In this document: piece after piece, positions 13,401 through 25,566 of the stretch
Numbering within the stretch: position 1 is the stretch's first letter
Layout: every line of letters starts with the position of its first letter
NCBI GenBank assembly: GCA_951406725.2
Contig: OX597838.1
Location: 2,604,001-2,668,000 of the forward strand
Reading direction: 5' to 3'
Length of the DNA: 64,000 nt
From: Octopus vulgaris
Taxonomy: Eukaryota
Notes under the pieces: generated by a model
What the model was told of the DNA's origin: nothing
The model's database searches: none
Seen by the model: only the letters and a program-made list of their open reading frames with translations
Translations under genes and position numbers: made by a program

Positions 13401-14555
13401 AAAGAAAGAATTCTTGGATATGTGAGGGATACAGATTGCTTCCAAAATATCTTCAACTCTCACACTTGTTTCGACTCCTGGAAAAATACTTCCAATCACC
13501 CAGATATAAATAAACACCACCCTAAAAAAAAAAGACTACAGCAGCATTCTAACCACCCTAGTTCTCCCACTATGGCCATCAATACATATAAACATACACA
13601 CACACAATATAGCCACACGCATGTAAGCATCTACATTTACCGAAATAGAGGCAGCCTCAATAGAAGCCAAACCCTCAGCTGGTATATACACCCTACACAC
13701 ACACATCATTAATAATAAGTAAAGAGAAACCGCATGTGATGTACTTCATCCGCGTTTCATGCGTAGCCATAAAAAGAATCTGCGTGGATTTGTACATTCG
13801 CTGGGCAATGGAGAAGAGCGTAAATCACCTCTGGGCTGCGGCACTGTAACCCATTCTTATAGGCAAATACATATCTGGAAGAACATACTAGTAGCCAGTT
13901 TATATTTGTTCAGTCGATGCTTGTGTGCCACGGGGCTGCAGTAACAGAGCTGGTCTGGTTATATACAGCAACGAGACATTATTTGCCAGTGGCCCAAAAG
14001 AGAGCACACTGACAGCGAATGGTGGCTACTTTATATGCATCCGATGTAGTGGAAACTATAATATATTTAAAGGAAGAGTGGCACCAATAGGATTACTACG
14101 CAAGGGCGGACAAAACCCACGTCCACTACCTGAACTACTAGAAATAGTAGCTGAATCCCACTCAAAAGAAGACTGTACCATCACAGAAAAGAGCATATTG
14201 CACAATGCTTTCTCTGTATGTGGAAAGAAAATAGAATGGTCACGACCGGAATGTCTTTAAACATAGGTCAATCAAAGTTGATTAAATTTGACCTGTGGCT
14301 AAACAACAACAACAGCAAAAACAACAACAACAACAGCAATAACAACAACAACAGCAACAACAACAGCCCCAACAATAACTGCAGTAACAACAACAACAGC
14401 AGCAGGAATATACGGAAAACGATATGATTACAGGTCAAAGCTAATCAAATGTGATATTGTAATTAAGCTTTCGTTAATTACGGCTGAATTGATAACCAAT
14501 TCGGAAAGATCACGTGGTCCAATTAAGACAATAATTGGAGAGAGTGAGAAGGTGG

Positions 14556-14556
<1 letters not shown>

Positions 14557-14651
<95 letters not shown>
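14557..14651. repeat. (GATA)n microsatellite
   Basis: Directly visible. Confidence 0.97.
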
Positions 14652-14652
<1 letters not shown>

Positions 14653-14879
14653 TATGTTGTCATATAAGCTGCAGATTTATGAGCCAATCTATTTCGAATG
14701 AGAATGGATTATTGCAAATGTAGGAGACAGTAAACGAAGAGGCTTTCTGACTTTCGTTTCCAAGGCCTGTATTAAGAACAGTTATGTGTCAGTATAAGAG
14801 TATGCATGTGTATATTTACATATATATGTATGTATGTAGTGTATATAATATAATTTGAATATAGTGTATATAATAATTT

Positions 14880-14945
14880 GAGGGAATATTATTCCTAACT
14901 TACAGGGAAAAAATTCAATTTAGAAATACTAAATCAAATTTCACA
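14880..14945 (+). repeat. Short dispersed repeat fragment; second copy at 39273-39337
   Basis: aacttacagggaaaaaat...atttag...taaatcaaatttcaca is shared by both sites, each next to a microsatellite. Confidence 0.65.
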
Positions 14946-14947
14946 AA

Positions 14948-15058
<111 letters not shown>

Positions 15059-15137
15059 AGAAAAAAAACACCTTTTATCAATTCAAAATGAACAATTAAA
15101 TTACACCATCTAGAAAATTACATATAATAGAAATGTT

Positions 15138-15173
15138 ATATGTACACACGTGAGTGTCTGAGAATTTCTGTAC

Positions 15174-15207
<34 letters not shown>

Positions 15208-15243
15208 GTACAAAAAGTCTCAGACACTCACGTATATACATAT
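15138..15243. repeat. Fold-back inverted repeat with arms of about 43 bp around (TA)n
   Basis: acgtgagtgtctgaga(a)ttt(c)tgtacgt pairs with acgtaca(a)aaa(g)tctcagacactcacgt; 5 mismatches over the full arms. Confidence 0.9.
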
Positions 15244-15365
15244 GCATATAAGGCAATTGGGATCAAATAAATATATTATACTGTGCATTGATAATAAATA
15301 ACCACGTTATCGAAACGTGTGTAGTGATGCTTTGAACGGTCCCTTCTTTTGTGTGTCCATATATT

Positions 15366-15442
15366 CATATTTCTTTATTGCCCACAAGGGGCTAAACATA
15401 GAGGGGGAACACACAAGGACAGACAAACGGGTTAAGTCGATT
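15366..15442 (-). mobile_element. SINE family B 3' fragment
   Basis: cccacaaggggctaaaca...caaggacagacaaacgg.ttaagtcgat matches the tail of the 45871 copy. Confidence 0.8.
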
Positions 15443-15560
15443 ATAGCTTTTGAGTTGCTATTCACAAAATAGTGTAGGAGTAAACCGGGGGTTTGCGCAT
15501 GTCGTAGAACCATAGACTGTAAAAACATCAGCCTAAAAAACTTTGGATCTGTGTGTCTTT

Positions 15561-15963
15561 TCTCTTTTACTTGTTTCAGTCATTTAACTGCGGCCATGCT
15601 GGAGCACCGCCTTTAGTCGAGCAAATCGACCCCGGGACTTATTCTTTGTAAGCCCAGTACTTATTTTATCGGTCTCTTTTGCCGAACCTCTAAGTGACGG
15701 GGACGTAAACACACCAGCATCGGTTGTCAAGCAATGCTAGGGGGACAAACACAGACACACAAACATATACACACACACTTATATATATATACATATATAC
15801 GACAGGCTTCTTTCAGTTTCCGTCTACCAAATCCACTCACAAGGCATTGGTCGGCCCGGGGCTATAGCAGAAGACACTTGCCCAAGGTGCCACGCAGTGG
15901 GACTGAACCCGGAACGATGTGGTTGGTTAGCAAGCTACTTACCACACAGCCACTCCTGCGCCT
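15561..15963 (-). mobile_element. Full-length tRNA-derived SINE, family A (CORE-like)
   Basis: The minus strand begins aggcgcaggagtggctgtgtggtaag (A-box-like), then ggttcagtccc (B-box-like) and CORE-like accttgggcaagtgtc, and ends gactgaaacaagtaaaagaga; multiple copies in the window. Confidence 0.9.
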
Positions 15964-16561
15964 ATCTGTGTGTCTTTTTTTACATGTAACCATCCACGTT
16001 TCTGAGTGGTCTATTCTGATTGAGGAAATAAAGCCATTGTAGAGCCGAGATTTGATTGGTTGATTGATGTCCCGTCTGTTGCAGATCGAGTCTCTTCCCT
16101 TTCTTTTATTGCTGTAGAGACATTTACATTTATGCATAAACCAGCAACACGACAATATAGATACATAGATATACCAATACAGAGCTCTATAGATATATCG
16201 ATTAGATCATTGAATGGCCGATAGCCTGATTGATAAAGACTATCTCTAATACAGCCAGATAAGAGAATACGAGATAAACAGAAGAGAGAATATGTGTATA
16301 TGTGTGCATGCGTGTATGTATGTGTATGTGTGAGTATATATGTTGCTCGTATACGTGGCAAACACGCATGTATGGATTCTACTTCCCTCTCTCCCTCTCT
16401 CTCTCTCTTTTCACACACAGACATGCAAACACACACATACACACAGGCACACACACACATGGATGTAGATAAATTACATCGTTGATTGATTGAATGAATG
16501 ATAGAGACTGTTCATATAACAGTGAGATAAGGTTATCATAGGCAAAATGGAATGACAAGGC

Positions 16562-16620
<59 letters not shown>

Positions 16621-16628
16621 TGTGTGTG

Positions 16629-16659
<31 letters not shown>

Positions 16660-16735
16660 GCATACATAAATATGTGTGTGTTTATATATGTACATATGTA
16701 AACTTGCACACATATATACATATATATACATGCAT

Positions 16736-16822
<87 letters not shown>

Positions 16823-17264
16823 TGTATGTATGTATGTATGTATGTATGTATGTATGTATGTATGTATGTATGTATGTATGTATGTATGAATGTATGTATG
16901 TATGTATATGTATATGTATGTAAGTATAGGTGCATAAACGGATCGGCGGAGAAGTAGAGAGAGAGTGAGAGAGATACAGGTAGACACATATCTATAATGT
17001 AACATTAGTGTACGTCAATAGTGACTTTGAGAAATTCAAAGAGTGGCGGGAAATTCATCATAAATACAGTTTTTATGTCCGACCATAAATATCAGCGTAT
17101 AATAACCGCCATTTTATGTGTCAGCTTGACTAAGCAGCTTAATTCGGGTCACTAGTCCCTGTGACCCCAATACAAATCTGGTGTTGGACAAATAAAATCG
17201 GCGCGCACATTGGAAACTAATTAATCCTGTTCTGTTGGTAATTTACTGCGAAAACCACATCGCA

Positions 17265-17280
17265 CCAGTAGGTGGCGTTG
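17265..17280 (+). promoter_or_regulatory. CTCF-like motif ccagtaggtggcgttg
   Basis: Matches the CTCF core consensus CCASYAGRKGGCR and lies in a non-repetitive island. Confidence 0.5.
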
Positions 17281-17287
17281 CTGCAAT

Positions 17288-17318
<31 letters not shown>

Positions 17319-17482
17319 CTCTATCTCTCTTTCTCTCTCTCCCACCCTCCTATTTCTGACCCTCGTCTCAGATTCACTTTCAGTGATACAATGTATAGAC
17401 ACACAAATACACACACACACACACATAATGTACATATGTATGTATGTATATACATACATATATGCATACATACCTACATACA

Positions 17483-17530
<48 letters not shown>

Positions 17531-18904
17531 GTACACAGGCACGCAAGCACACACACATACATATGTATTATATATATATATATGTATATACACACACATG
17601 TTTATATATATATATATATACTCATACATAAATGCTTAAAATAATAAATATGATCATAAGTGTGTGTGTGTGGTATGTGAGCGCGTTGAAGAAAGTATGT
17701 GTATCTATGTGTGCAGGCGTAAGTATATTAGTGTTCTGATACACGTGAATGTGTGATAATGCGTAAATGTACATATATAAATATACACACGTTGGAATGT
17801 ACATAATCTTTTAATAACATATATAGCACATCATTTACATTTATGTGTAGAAAATCAAGCACAAATACTCCCAAAGGTACATGAGTGTATGGGTGTGTAA
17901 ATGTGAGTGTGTATGAGTGTGTGTGTGTGTGTGTGTGCGTGCGTTTTTGTGTGTGCCTGCGAGAGTGTGTATGTGTGTGTGTTTGGAGAAAGATTCTTGA
18001 TTTGTGTATGTATGTCTGTGTGTCGTAAAATACCCTTTGAGCAAGTCAGATGTTTGATGACCGAAGCACGTGGTGTGCAACTGAGCGAAGATGGCGGTTT
18101 CTAAGAAACAGCTGCCATCATAATACAACCACAGATTAGCAGCCATGTTACCTTTATGAATATACATACAGATATATTTATATACATGCCCATGTGTATA
18201 TATATCCATATTTGTCTGCAAGACATATTGGATTTCAATACACTATTATGTTCTAGATTTATTATTCTTAACTAACTTTTCCCATATTTTCACAAGAGTT
18301 TTTTGTAATTTATTTGGTGCGATAGAGTTTTCCGAATCCATCATCAACGGTTGTAGACTTACCTTGTCTCATCTTCAAGATAAAGGAACGCTAGAATGTC
18401 TCTCTGCTTCTGAACCCTAGGCACTGCCAATGCGAGTTCGCAGGCGCCATCGCTGGAGCTTCAATTTTTAATTATATCTTAATGTCACCAATTATGTATC
18501 TATTTTTTCTTTGTAACTAATGCATGTTTCTGATATCTTTATTTTAGTAAACTGTTATATTTTGAGGATTATATCCACAATTAATCGGCTCTTCCTCTGG
18601 AGTATTTTCTTATTCAAGGATGGCCGACGTATAACGCATGCGCCAAGAGAATCTCATTGAATGGTCAGAAATGGTGCCAGCTGCACCTTTCCCTCTACGT
18701 TTGGCGCTCGTTTGATCCTGCCACGACAAGCAACGCAACTTTTTTCTCTGCTAATTTACATTTCACTCTCCTATGTTTCTGATTTCTGTTCAGTTCATTC
18801 TGTGTAAACTTTGGAGGTCGTGTCTTACGTTTTTAAAAGTTAAGTTTGTTTTTATTTTATTTTATTTGTTCAGTTTTTATTTTGCCACCAATCACTGCGT
18901 AGAA

Positions 18905-19600
18905 GAAAATGAGCAAAAAGACAAAGAGCCGGAATGTTGGTAAGCGTAAATTGAAGGACCAGTGGGAGACAGTGGCATGTTATTTATAGAATTCTGCAGC
19001 ATTTTGCTTGTGAAAACAATTTCCCTCGTAATAGAAGGGCATGATCTTAATGGAGATCAGAAAATATATCAGGTTAAAATAGGAGGAAAATTGAACCTAG
19101 GTTTATGTCCTGAGTTACGGAAAGAATAAAGATTAAGGTAAAGGAAGAAATCTAAAAACGACAAAACTTATTTGTGGAAAAATGTTGTTAAAGTTTGATG
19201 ATAAAAGAATCATCCTGTGAAATTGCTTTCGTTTTGGCCAAAAGCCGGAAACTTTTCTTTTAGAGAGAAGAAATTGTTCGGCCTTGTCTCCACGAAGCCT
19301 TCAGATATCGTGACGATAAAAATATCGAAATAAAAGTGAAGGAAATTGTTCTGTCAAAGTAAACACTTTCGCGATACACAAAAGAAATATCTCATGGCGG
19401 TGCCCCAGCATGGCCACAGCTCGTGAGCTGAAACTAGATGAAATAAAGAAAATAAAACAAATGATGTGTCTTAACAAATGAATGGCTTTTTACATGTTTA
19501 TTCTTAACTTTTTTTTTTAGCTTTGGAGACATATCTACCGCCATATTTGATGTAGCCCAGTTAAACATTTTATAAATAGAATTCATGAAAGTTTTAGCGA
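18905..19600 (+). pseudogene. Decayed hAT (Buster/SPIN; ZBED5/GTF2IRD2-like) transposase fragment
   Basis: Frameshifted translations KRKLKDQWE, SSCEIAFVLAKSRKL, EEIVRPCL, KVKEIVLSK*TLSRYTKEIS and DVAQLNIF resemble this family's ASY.IA..IAK..KP..GE..VKPC, I.LS..T..RRI and D.AQL..F motifs. A SINE tail interrupts it at about 19396-19450. Confidence 0.65.
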
Positions 19601-20286
19601 CATTGTTACTCATCGGTCATTTCACAGGAAAATTCAGAGGGTTGCAGAAAGTAAATTTGGGCTTGGAAAACCTGTGAATAATTTCTATAAATTCTTTAGC
19701 ATTTATGGTGACGTCAGTTAGTCACCGACTGACACTCGCTGACGCTACATCGAAGAGGCCAGGAAACAGAAGAAAGAAGAAATAAGAAGACATGCAACCA
19801 ACACCAGAGCTGAAGACACCTCCGAAGGGGGGGGGGGGGAGGGGGCACGTCAAAACGGTAGAGGAGTAGGGGCCGCAGCCGGACGTGGTTCCTCCTGATG
19901 ATGTCTTGAGCTAACTGGATCCTATAACGGAGCTGTTGTGGTAGCAGACCACGAAACACGGTTGTAATTTCTTCCTAAAAGGCCCTCTTACAATCGTAAG
20001 TTCGATTCCCAGACGTTAGTCGGGGCCCTTTATCTTATATCACTCTGAACAACTCAACTATGAATCAGTCCCCTATAACCTACTGTCTTCCAAACAGAAG
20101 ATAGCAACGGCTGGTGTCGTTTACGACCCACTGGACGAAAAACCAGCCAAATCAATGATCTAAATTTGAAACTAGAGACAAAGAACAAAAATTACCAATA
20201 TATTCAAGACGAAATTGAAGCTGTGGATTATCTCTCAGCTAAAGAAAGAATAAGGATTTGGACCAGCTTTTGGAAATTTTGGCTGT

Positions 20287-20475
20287 TTTATCCGTTTACT
20301 TGTTTCAAGGTCAAACTGCGGCTATCCTGGGACGCTGCTTTGATACGTCGAATCGATCCAATCATCCCTAGGATTTTATTATTATTAATTTTAAGTTTAA
20401 TTATTAATTTATCGTCCCTTTTTACTGAACCTCAAATTCCAGAAACTCAAACAAACCAACACCGGTTTTCAGGAT
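20287..20475 (-). mobile_element. SINE family A 3' half, strongly diverged
   Basis: tttacttgtttca...actgcggc and aacaccggtt segments are collinear with the 15561 copy. Confidence 0.6.
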
Positions 20476-22369
20476 GTAAGTTATAAGCATAAATACAAAT
20501 ACTAATACAAATATACGCACAATCGAAATAGGCCCACATATATATGCATGTATGTATATATGTACATATGTGTGTATGTATGTATGTATGTATGTATGTA
20601 TGTATGTATGTATGTATTTGTATGTACGTGTGTGTGTGTTGTGGAAGGATTCCGACCACCCCTTAAGTGACAAAAAGGTGGACAAAAACCTGCGAACGAT
20701 TGGCAGTTCGTGATGGGAAGCAGTTCCCTGTTTGCCTTTGATATAGAGCGGTGAGTCTCATTTAATAGTAATAGTAGTGGGCCGTGTATATACTTTCTTC
20801 TCCCTACCTTCGTTGTATTATTTATCCAGTAGATAAATATACATATACATATTTATTTCTATATATGTATGCATATAGGTAGATAGGTACGTACATATGT
20901 ACTTACTTACACAGGCAGGTAGACATGAGTCTATTACGAGCTTCCATGTAGTTTCCGTCTCTCAAATTCAATAACAAAGTATTAGTCTGTCCAATGCATT
21001 AGTGGAAGACAATCCGGTAAGTTAAAAGACAAAGAGCAGATTAACACAGACCTGATGGAAGGAATATTATACGCAAGCGCTTTCACAGTTTTCAGCATGG
21101 GAGACACCAACACACACACACACACACACACACATACAAGCATTGGTAGAGAGAAGGGTAAAGGAGAGATCGATATATTGAACATTTGTATGCGTGTGCC
21201 GATGTTACGTATATTTATGAGCGTATAATGTTGAAAATTTTTACATAAACTGAAGATATGCATGAACATCTCGTCTGCGATTTTCTCTGCGTTTCAGCCG
21301 TTCTTTAATGTTAACACAAGAATATTTCTTTCTTCCCTATAAAATCTGACTTATTGAGTCCTTCCTTTGTTAGCTTTTCGCTAGAGAGGGCACCGACAGT
21401 GTATAATGTTTTCACCTCCATAAACTGTGACATATTGATTCCCCCAATTATCTTCCTTTGCTTACTTTCACAACAGACGGCAGCACTAGTAAACACATTC
21501 CTTCCTGTGTAACCTATGGCTGACACACTGACTTAAATTACCTTTCACCATAGATGGCAGCAGCAGTAACAGAGCTAAATACAATAATATCGTATTGTAT
21601 TGACCTTTTAAGTAATTCAAGGAAAAAAAGACAGGTTTTGTATATTTCCATAACAGCGTGAGAGAAAGAACAGAAGAGACGAACGAGAGAGAACTCGAGA
21701 GAGAGAGGGGGAGTACGGCAGAATGATAGAGAGAAGGCGGAGAAGGAAAGAAAAAAAGAAAATTACAAAGCAAAGAAGAAGAAAAGAGCAGGAAGAGAGT
21801 AAGGCAAGAAATAAACCGAAAGAAGATAAGGAAGTATCGAATGAAAGAACTGAAAAAGGAAAAAGGAAGGTAAAAAATGAAAGAAACTCGAGAAGGAAAG
21901 AAACGTTTCGTGACATGCGATGTTGTTGTTTGGTGTGTTTGACAAGAGGAAGGCCATTTTGAATCGTGTACACAAACATGGCGGTGATTAATTATTAATA
22001 AGAGAAAGTGAACTTTATAACGAAGAGAACAATGGCTAATTTCGAGAGCAGCTGACTTATACAGGCTCACATTTACATTGGATTCCAATGTGACATTCAC
22101 ATCGACTTTTCATATTCTTTGCAGCTGGAATTGTACAAACAACCAAAATATTTATACTTTGGCGTAGGAGTATGCGTGGACGAATGTGGGTATTGTGCAT
22201 GTAAATACGGAAATTCGATCTACAATTACGCATGCAGCTACGTATGTACGATGTAACTATACGCAAATGAAGGCTTCCAGTTTATATCCGAATACATGCA
22301 TGCATTCATACATACATACATGCAGCTATATATATATATACATATATATATATACATATATATATATAC

Positions 22370-22725
22370 AGGCGCAGGAGTGGCTGTGTGGTAAGTAGCT
22401 TGTTTACCAATCACATGGTTTCGGGTTCAGTCCCACTGCGTGGCACCTTGGGCAAGTGTCTTCTACTATAGCCCCGGGCCGACCAATGCCTTGTGAGTGG
22501 ATTTGGTAGACGGAAACTGAAAGAAGCCTGTCATATATATGTATATATATGTATATGTATGTGTGTGTGTTTGTGTGTCTGTGTTTGTCCCCCTAGCATT
22601 GCTTGACAACCGATGCTGGTGTGTTTATGTCCCCGTCACTTAGCGGTTCGGCAAAAGAGACCGATAGAATAAGTACTGGGCTTACAACTGACTGAAACAA
22701 GTAAAAGAGTAAAGAGTAAAAGAGT
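22370..22725 (+). mobile_element. SINE family A copy with an internal deletion in the 3' part
   Basis: Nearly identical to the reverse complement of 15561-15963, but jumps from gggcttacaa to ctgactgaaac. Confidence 0.92.
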
Positions 22726-22756
<31 letters not shown>

Positions 22757-22777
22757 TACCACACAACCACTCCTACG

Positions 22778-22840
<63 letters not shown>

Positions 22841-22874
22841 CTCTTTTACTCTTTACTCTTTTACTTGTTTCAGG

Positions 22875-22936
<62 letters not shown>

Positions 22937-22938
<2 letters not shown>

Positions 22939-23090
22939 TGTAGGAGTGGTTGTGTGGTAATTTGCTTACCAGCGAAATGATTCTGGGTTCAGTCCCACTA
23001 CGTGGTAAGTGTCTCCTACTTTAACCGCAGGCTGACAAGAGCCTTGCAAGTAGCTTTCGTAGACAGAAACTGAAAGAAGCCCGTCGTATA
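22937..23090 (+). mobile_element. SINE family A 5' half
   Basis: taggagtggttgtgtggtaa...gggttcagtcccact...gaaactgaaagaagcccgtcg. Confidence 0.85.
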
Positions 23091-23103
23091 TATATGTGTT
23101 TGT

Positions 23104-23162
<59 letters not shown>

Positions 23163-23182
23163 CGTGTGTGTGTATGTATATA

Positions 23183-23215
<33 letters not shown>

Positions 23216-23229
23216 ACATATATTATTTC

Positions 23230-23332
23230 GAGGGTCGATGCAATAAGTACCAGTTGCGTACTCGGGTCGATATAATCGGTTATCTCCCCCCGCCAAATTT
23301 CAGGCCTTGTGCCTATAATAGAAAGGATGATT
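23230..23332 (+). mobile_element. SINE family B fragment
   Basis: gggtcgat...aagtaccagttgcgtact.gggtcgatataatcg...ggccttgtgccta. Confidence 0.75.
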
Positions 23333-23369
23333 AGTATATTCATAATTTTCCCATAAAAACGGATGTTTA

Positions 23370-24000
23370 TTCTTTATTATACTTTTTTTTTATTTTGGTT
23401 AATAATAATATTCCCCTAAGTACAACACAGAACATCTTGTTCTTTATTCTTTAATTTAGTTTTTTTTTTGTGTATAACATATAAACCCTTTAATTTCGCT
23501 TTTAGTTTGAGTTTTATTATTCTTTTGTTATTTTTATTTTTCTATTTCACTTTTTTTTTTTCATTAATAACCTTTTGATAATTTTTAGAATTTTTAGAAT
23601 CTTTTATGATTTTTTAAATATATTTTTCTACCTTTTCATATATTTTTTTACATATATCGCTGTATAATTTATATATTTATGTACACTATATTATTTTACA
23701 CGATTAACTTTTAAAATTTTAAACTGTTCTATCTGAATACAATCCTTTATATATTTTAAATGATTTTTAATTATTTCCCTTATATTTAATTCCTAATTTT
23801 CAATATAGCTTATCATTACCCTTCGCTATCTTAGGCGTATATTCAAATAACTTTCGACTTTATTTATTGGCATCTCTTTTATATTTCTTCATTTTTACCT
23901 TATTATTATTATTTATATTCTCTATATTTCTTTATATTTTTATTTTCTAATTACTCTTATATATTCATACATTTTTCCTTGCAATCTTAAGTGCGCTTTA
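23370..24000 (-). mobile_element. Very AT-rich decayed segment, possibly a Penelope-like GIY-YIG remnant
   Basis: Minus-strand pieces CPINKS (about 23870) and RCSVL..GE (about 23430) loosely resemble the CPL..C and C.LC..EK motifs flanking PLE endonucleases; heavily disrupted. Confidence 0.25.
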
Positions 24001-24334
24001 ACTTTTCTTTACCCATATTTAATTTCTAATTTATCTTATTGCTAAATAAGTAACTACGCTAAATTGTAGTTGTCTCTTTTATTCCCAAACAACGATTCCC
24101 ACTCCTAGTTTAGGGCTTGCCCATAAAACCCTTGTTCTATTATCATTCAAAGACTTCCTTTACTAATACAGTAATTTATAACGATTGGGTCCGCTTTCGT
24201 TCTTTCTTCTTTCTCCTTACCACTCCTTCCTCTTCACTCCCTACCCTTTGCCTTTCCCATTTGCAGAGATAAAACCTGTGTATTGGTTCCATCCCAAACG
24301 ACCTTCATAATTTAGTAAGTTGACCTGACCACAA

Positions 24335-24659
24335 GGAGCACTCCGTCGGTTGCGACGACGAGGGTCCCAGCTGATACGATCAACGGAACAGCTTGCTCGT
24401 GAAATTAACGTGCAAGTGGTTGAGCACTCCACAGACACGTGTACCCATAACGTAGTTCTTTGGGAGATTCAGCGTGACACAGAGTGTGACAAGGCCGGCC
24501 TTTTGAAATACAAGTACAACTCATTTTTTCAAGCTGAGCGGATTGGAGCAACGTGAAATAAAGTGTCTTGCTCAAGCACACAACACGCCGCCGGGAATTG
24601 AACTCACGACCTTACGATCATGAGCCGAATGCCCCGAACCACTGAGCCACACGCCTTCA
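24335..24659 (-). mobile_element. Full-length tRNA-derived SINE, family C, with a 10-bp TSD
   Basis: Minus-strand head gaaggcgtgtggctcagtgg...gagttcaattcc (A/B boxes) followed by cttgagcaagacacttt; ctgaccacaa is duplicated at 24325-24334 and 24660-24669. Confidence 0.92.
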
Positions 24660-24995
24660 CTGACCACAATTCATTTTCTAACCACTGACCACTGGACATT
24701 CAACAACTTCTTAATAAAGTGAAGCAGTGAATGGTTCGTTATTTGGCACAGCCATTCCATACTATATTTCACCAAAATACCTGGTGTTGGTATACAAATG
24801 CGGACAAAAGTAGATACACTCGCATAGTATCATAGAATTGGCATCGTCAAAAAAATTAGAGAAACGGTAAGAACATTCCATTCCTATGAAGATTCTGTAT
24901 GCCTACTGTAGCCCCACCCCCGTGTAAAGAAATACAATATGCATATGTATGTGTCTATGCTATGTGTGTGTGCGTGCGTGTGTGAGCGTGTGTGT

Positions 24996-25566
24996 TTATT
25001 CCTTTCTACTCTAGGCTCAAGGCCCGAATGTTTTGGGGAGGAGGCCAGTCGATTAGATTGACCCCAGTACGCAACTGGTACTTAATTTATCGACTCCGAA
25101 AGGATAGAAAGGCAAAGTCGACCTCGGCGGAATTTAAACTCAGAACGTAAAGACAGACGAAATACCTATTTCTTTACTACCCGCAAGGGGCTAAAACAGA
25201 GAGGACAAACAAGGACAGACAAAAACATTACATTGACCCCAGTGCGTAACTGGTACTTATTTAATCGACTTCGAAAGGATGAAAGGCAAAGTCGACCTCG
25301 GCGGAATTTGAACTCAGAATGTAGCGGCAGACGAAATACCTATTCTTTATTACCCACAAGGGGCTAAACACAGAGCGGACAAACAAGGACAGACATAGGT
25401 ATTAAGTCGATTACATCGACCCCAGTGCGTAACTGGTACTTAATTTATCGACCCCGAAAGGATGAAAGGCAAAGTCGACCTCGGTGGAATTTGAACTCAC
25501 AACGTAACGTAGACGAAATACCGCTAAGCATTTCGCTCAGCCTGCTACCGTTTCTGCCAGCTGGCC
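24996..25566 (-). mobile_element. SINE family B, multimeric copy with three tandem internal units
   Basis: One head followed by three units starting ggtatttcgtct (plus-strand junctions ending 25166, 25340 and 25522). The core gcctttcatcctttcggggtcgataaattaagtaccag resembles the Meta/MESC SINE domain. Confidence 0.9.

Noticed and set aside
13735-14260. ORF 13925-14260 and faint L1/Tx1 C-terminal similarity
   Set aside because: The similarity is too weak to support by eye, and there is no splice evidence.
24996-25566. CRISPR-like or retrozyme interpretation of the tandem units
   Set aside because: Whole units repeat without unique spacers, the context is a eukaryotic SINE, and the unit has no hammerhead core.
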